DNA from: Basidiobolus meristosporus CBS 931.73
Taxonomy: Eukaryota > Fungi > Basidiobolomycota
Length of the DNA stretch: 64,000 nt
Reading direction: 5' to 3'
Assembly (NCBI GenBank): GCA_002104905.1
Contig: MCFE01000148.1
Location: 1 to 64,000 of the forward strand
Both the position numbers and the translations under genes were made by a program. Under the pieces are notes generated by a model, which ran no database searches, was not told where the DNA came from, and worked only from the letters and a program-made list of their open reading frames with translations. The first letter of the stretch is position 1, and each line of letters begins with the position of its first letter. Positions 59,841 through 64,000 of the stretch are shown in pieces.

Positions 59841-62750
59841 CCCTATGAAATGTAACTTGATCACACTGGTGGATACTATCCAAATCAGCCATCAAGATCC
59901 TGCAATGAGGCCATCATAATACCAGCAGCTTAGAATTGTTGACCCTCTTCACAATATCACTATGGAGCTCTGATGGTGAGTTGCTGATTCTACTGCCAAT
60001 TAGGTAAGTAGGGTTGATGGAGTTTGGTTAATTCTTCAGCAAGATTTTGATGACATTCTGATGGTCTGATTGCAGCCTACACTTACTTGAGTGGGTCCAT
60101 CTTGCAAGTAAATGCATATGCCATTAATAAAAAGAATTGGCAGGGTATTAAAAGCCTTGATGTGGACATCAGTTAGCACATTACCAAAGTATAGCAGCAT
60201 ATGGCTAGTACTGTATAATGCTACTGTACCAATTGCCAAATGGTATTTCCTTTTGCTACATCCCCATGCTCTGTTCATATATGCCATTGTAGAATCACCC
60301 CAACCTATTCACCTACCCATAGCTACTATGGGTAGTCCACATACAGTTGAAATCCCAAAAAATATGGCTACTGGCTTACTACCATCTATATGCAAACACA
60401 CCTGCTGCAAAAGCACACTTCTTTCACCTTAACTTTGTGATTATCAGTGTGATACCTGCAAAGTACTGTATACCTTGTATTGCTGGTGACATATTTTATT
60501 CAAAGATATTGTCATGATCACATGACAACCATGAACACCCATGCCAAGTTTCAGCTTCCTAGCTCAATCTCTAAGAGATTCCTTCTGGAACCTTCTACCA
60601 CCTTCCAGAAAGTTCCTGACCATTCCAAACCATTGTTACACAATGGAACATTCCATGGAAGCTTTCCATCGTATTTTCCATAGTCCAGTACCATATATGG
60701 AAATACCAGGTCACATGACTTAGTCACATGATCAGGTGACCCATTCCATTTCCCCATCCTGTCTCAGTGCCGTGTCATCTATGTCATTATCCCCAGCACC
60801 ATTGCTGTGCCTCACCCTACAACCCCATTAGTATTAGCTAATATCTCTTGGCATCAGTATAGCCCAAAAGTATATATAGTCCTATCCCCCCTTAAGTATT
60901 CCTCAGTCTGATAAACACAGGTCTTGAATAAACAGCCTTGCCTTGGAAATCCGCCTTGCCTTGTTGATCCACACCTAAGTCCTTTCCTGGTCCTGCCTTG
61001 CCTAGCTCTACTCTCCTGCCTTGTGTCTATTCATAACAGATATGCTTGGTTGCCATCACTTTTGCCATAATTACCTCTTGCATTTCTGCAAAATGTTCTC
61101 TGATATTTCACCAATTTATTGTTTTTGCCTGCTGGATCTTTGTCACACTTTCTGACATGCTCTAATTCTGGTTTGAGTGAGTTTTGTATTGAATGGTGTA
61201 GAAACCAGCTTGTAAACAGGCAAAATACTGAGTACTTTAGTAAAACTATTCTACTAGTAGCTAGCTTCATGTTACATCCCTCCCATCATTGCATTATCTA
61301 ACTGATTACGCAAGCATCTGGGCTGCTTAGCCTCTTGATGCCATAGGCATAAGGGTCTCCATGTGAACATTTGTTGTCAGTTTCCTCCAAGTCTTCCCAG
61401 CTGTCCTCCATGTGCCAACTCATCACATCCATGATGGACATGAAGGTATTATTCTTGATGAGATTGGGATGTGGTGGTACTTGCTACTTTACTTGTCTTC
61501 CTATCTACCACACCTCTACTGCATTGGAAACTCCCAAAAGGGAAGGCATGGCACAATACTCTCCACATACCAAGCAAGGTTGAGTAGAGAATGGGAGAAG
61601 TAGTGGCAGAGATTGACACAAGCAGCCTTGTGCTTGTAGTATAGCTGCTCAAATCCAACATATCTCCTTGCATAAAAGCTGTAGATGCATCTGGTTGGCA
61701 TTGGTGATCTGCTTCTAAATATACACTCTGTCAATGTCAACATAAGACTCCCAATGCTTCCAATGTACTATTGGTAGTGATGACTTCAGAAGGCCACTTA
61801 AGTATATACACATCCAGCTTGTCCAGACCTTTCATTAGTTTTTTAGCATATGCCTATGAGTGTTGATTGGAGTTTACAAGAAATGCTTTAGGTAGACAAC
61901 ACTCTGTTATTTATTTCCAATTCTTTCAGATTCTGCCAGGGTCTCAAAGGACTTACTCAGCATGAAATGCCCCATCAACAACATGGTTATTAGTAGAGGG
62001 ATATTGCTGAAGAGCAAGTGCATTGCTCCCAGTGGAAAGATTTTGCTCTAACATGCTACTTCTATCTTCAGTATCTCTGGCTTGTGATAATTCCATATTT
62101 GGGCAAACTGCTTATAGCTTGCCAGCTTTGCTACAATTGAATGACAACTTTTATTTGTTTGCTGCATGAGTAGATGATGCTCTCAGTATTCTTCTTTAGA
62201 TAATTACTGTGAGTGTGAGTTATACAATAAATCCCCTGCATTTCACACATTCAACAGCAATTCCCTTTATTGTGTCCCAAGAGGCAGGCATTGAGCTTAT
62301 GGCTGCAGCATCTCCATGTAGATAACAATACGTGCCTTGATAAGATGTCCATTAGCAGCATTCTGCTGGAAAACCCACAATATTTGTCCAGTAATGGATA
62401 CAGGGAGCTGTCCAAGATGGACAGTGATTTAGACCAAGATACAAATGAAACAACCAGCAGATTTTTGCTGTAGTACTGTAAGATTTGTAGCATTAGGGTT
62501 AATAAGAATCAGTTACCAGCAGGAGTTGCTAGCAGATTACCTGTTCAGTGAGAATATATCAAGTGCCAAGGCAAAGGCATGGTCATATACCTCAATGTAG
62601 TCTTAACTCAGAGTTGATTGTGATATTTGCCATAAAGATTTTACTGACAATGCATATGCTTGATTGATACTGAGTGTGATGCTGCATAGCTTCATCATAT
62701 ATTCAATCACCTCCTACATCTGTGTGTACTGATTGGCTGTTGCTCTCTTT
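59841..62750 (-). mobile_element. CACTA/EnSpm (CMC) transposase relic, copy B, interrupted by a solo LTR
   Basis: Terminus CCCTATGAAA at 59841; colinear with copy A. YYSKNLLVVSFV...LDSSLYPLLD (62251-62493) and HSLLNLAWYVESIVPCLPFWEFPM (61516-61743). Confidence 0.85.
60510..61038 (+). mobile_element. Solo LTR, 529 bp, 5-bp TSD GATAT
   Basis: GATAT|TGTCATGA ... TCATAACA|GATAT (TG..CA with short inverted termini); internal TATATA box (~60872) and AATAAA (~60927). Removing it restores colinearity of CACTA copy B with copy A. Confidence 0.9.
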
Positions 62751-64000
62751 TACACTCCTTACTTCCTGACTCAACCAATACTCTAACTTTCATGCATAAA
62801 AGCTGATTTATTCTTATTGAAACATCAGTTATGCCTACATTGCCAATTCTATTAACCTATATTAGCCCTTATACACAACTCTAACAATAGGCCCAACCCC
62901 TCATTCAACAAGTAACTCCATTGAGATCCAGTAGTCAATAACTATTTCTGCTGTGGTGCCCTTTTTCTGTAACAATGAAAGGAACCCCACAGCTTTATGC
63001 CACTGCTCATTGACTAGTTTGCTTATGTCCTGGTCTTCAGCCAGTACTGCAAGGTCTAGCACCGCATCTGCCAATCTTTGAAATAAGTCCATGCAATATT
63101 CAAGTATGTTTTCTTAACCACTGCTATTGAAGGAGGGCTGCAACCTCTTAATGTGCCTATTGATGCTACAAAATTACATGGTAAGCATTTTAATAGTCTT
63201 TTGACTTCTTGACTTTGGTGCCTTGTCTGTCAGTGGAGTCTCTAACATATTCCTCTTCTCTGCAAGCTCATCTACCTCACTTGAGTGTAGCTCATATTGC
63301 TGCCTTGCAACCTCCTGAGAAAATAGCTTCTATCTTGTTGGTAATTCTCCTTGGCTATGACAGGACTCCAATTGCTCTGAGTAGACAGTGATAACTTGCA
63401 AGAACTAAAGCTTTTACTCACACATCTGTGTCTCTAGCTTGGGTAGTCCATTTTCTCTTAACCCTTGCCTTTATCACTGCCAAGTCTTTCACTGCTACTT
63501 TGACTGAGTACCACCTGTACTGTACTCTGTTTTCTCCCCAATAAATGCATCATAGATGCATCTGTTTCTGCCTGCTTGTCCCTAGCCACCAATCTTCTGG
63601 CTACCTGACAGTTCCTTGCTGCTGTTTTGGGGCTTTCAGCCTTGCTTGGGACAAGCTCTTGAAGAACCCACTGGTGTGTAGCTGGGAGACCCTTGTACTT
63701 CTGCCCTTCATTGATTCAGAGTTCATCTTCTAAGGCATTAGCAAGCTTTGGGTAGATCCTACCTGGTATATATATTTGTGTCTGATAAGGATCTGCTTAT
63801 TCATTTGCTGACTAATGCTACTGATTTGATAGATACTGCTGATATACTGATAAGATAAACATATAACTAATTGATATGACTAAAAGCTGATCTAACTTAA
63901 ACATTCTAGCAGCAGATTGTTATATTCTCCCCTACTAGAGTTGAGAGGGTTCTCATGAATTGCTTTTCTTGTGATACCAATATCTTAATGGTTCAGTATT

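Noticed and set aside
60538-60580. Motif CATGCCAAGTTTCAGCTTCCTAGCTC reminiscent of Helentron/DINE-1-like cores
   Set aside because: It lies inside a segment with clear LTR termini and a 5-bp TSD, which explains the insert better.
1-64000. CRISPR arrays, rRNA, prokaryotic operons or defence systems
   Set aside because: Sequence is eukaryotic with spliceosomal introns; no regularly spaced repeat-spacer array or rRNA-like sequence seen.

Overview
Eukaryotic DNA with short GT-AG introns, most likely from an early-diverging fungus (Mucoromycota-like; this is inferred from the gene set and TE decay pattern, not proven). Ten apparently intact genes are CpG-rich: an ABCB/MDR exporter, a TLC-domain membrane protein, a GT31-like/GT34 glycosyltransferase, GPATCH11, a Ste12-like factor, WDR62/MAPKBP1, a promethin-like protein, a Cmk-fold protein, a UNC-93-like MFS protein and MOCS3/UBA4. 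They are separated by two kinds of sequence. (i) Almost CpG-free nested transposon islands (about 1-1.4, 7.3-8.6, 15.7-22.1, 28.5-29.1 and 51.2-64 kb) holding Ty1/copia relics, two CACTA/EnSpm transposase relics with CCCTA termini, many non-autonomous derivatives of that family (two with 3-bp TSDs), a long-hairpin MITE and a solo LTR. (ii) CpG-retaining, stop-riddled coding-like tracts I could not identify. The most unusual item is a 3-exon gene at 41215-42093 that the ORF track only partly shows. It encodes a bacterial-type cytidylate kinase (Cmk) fold behind a mitochondrial-type presequence, with the Walker A lysine and other catalytic motifs lost, i.e. a candidate organellar pseudokinase. 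No rRNA, convincing tRNA or CRISPR array was seen. All family assignments are by-eye motif recognition; no database searches were run.
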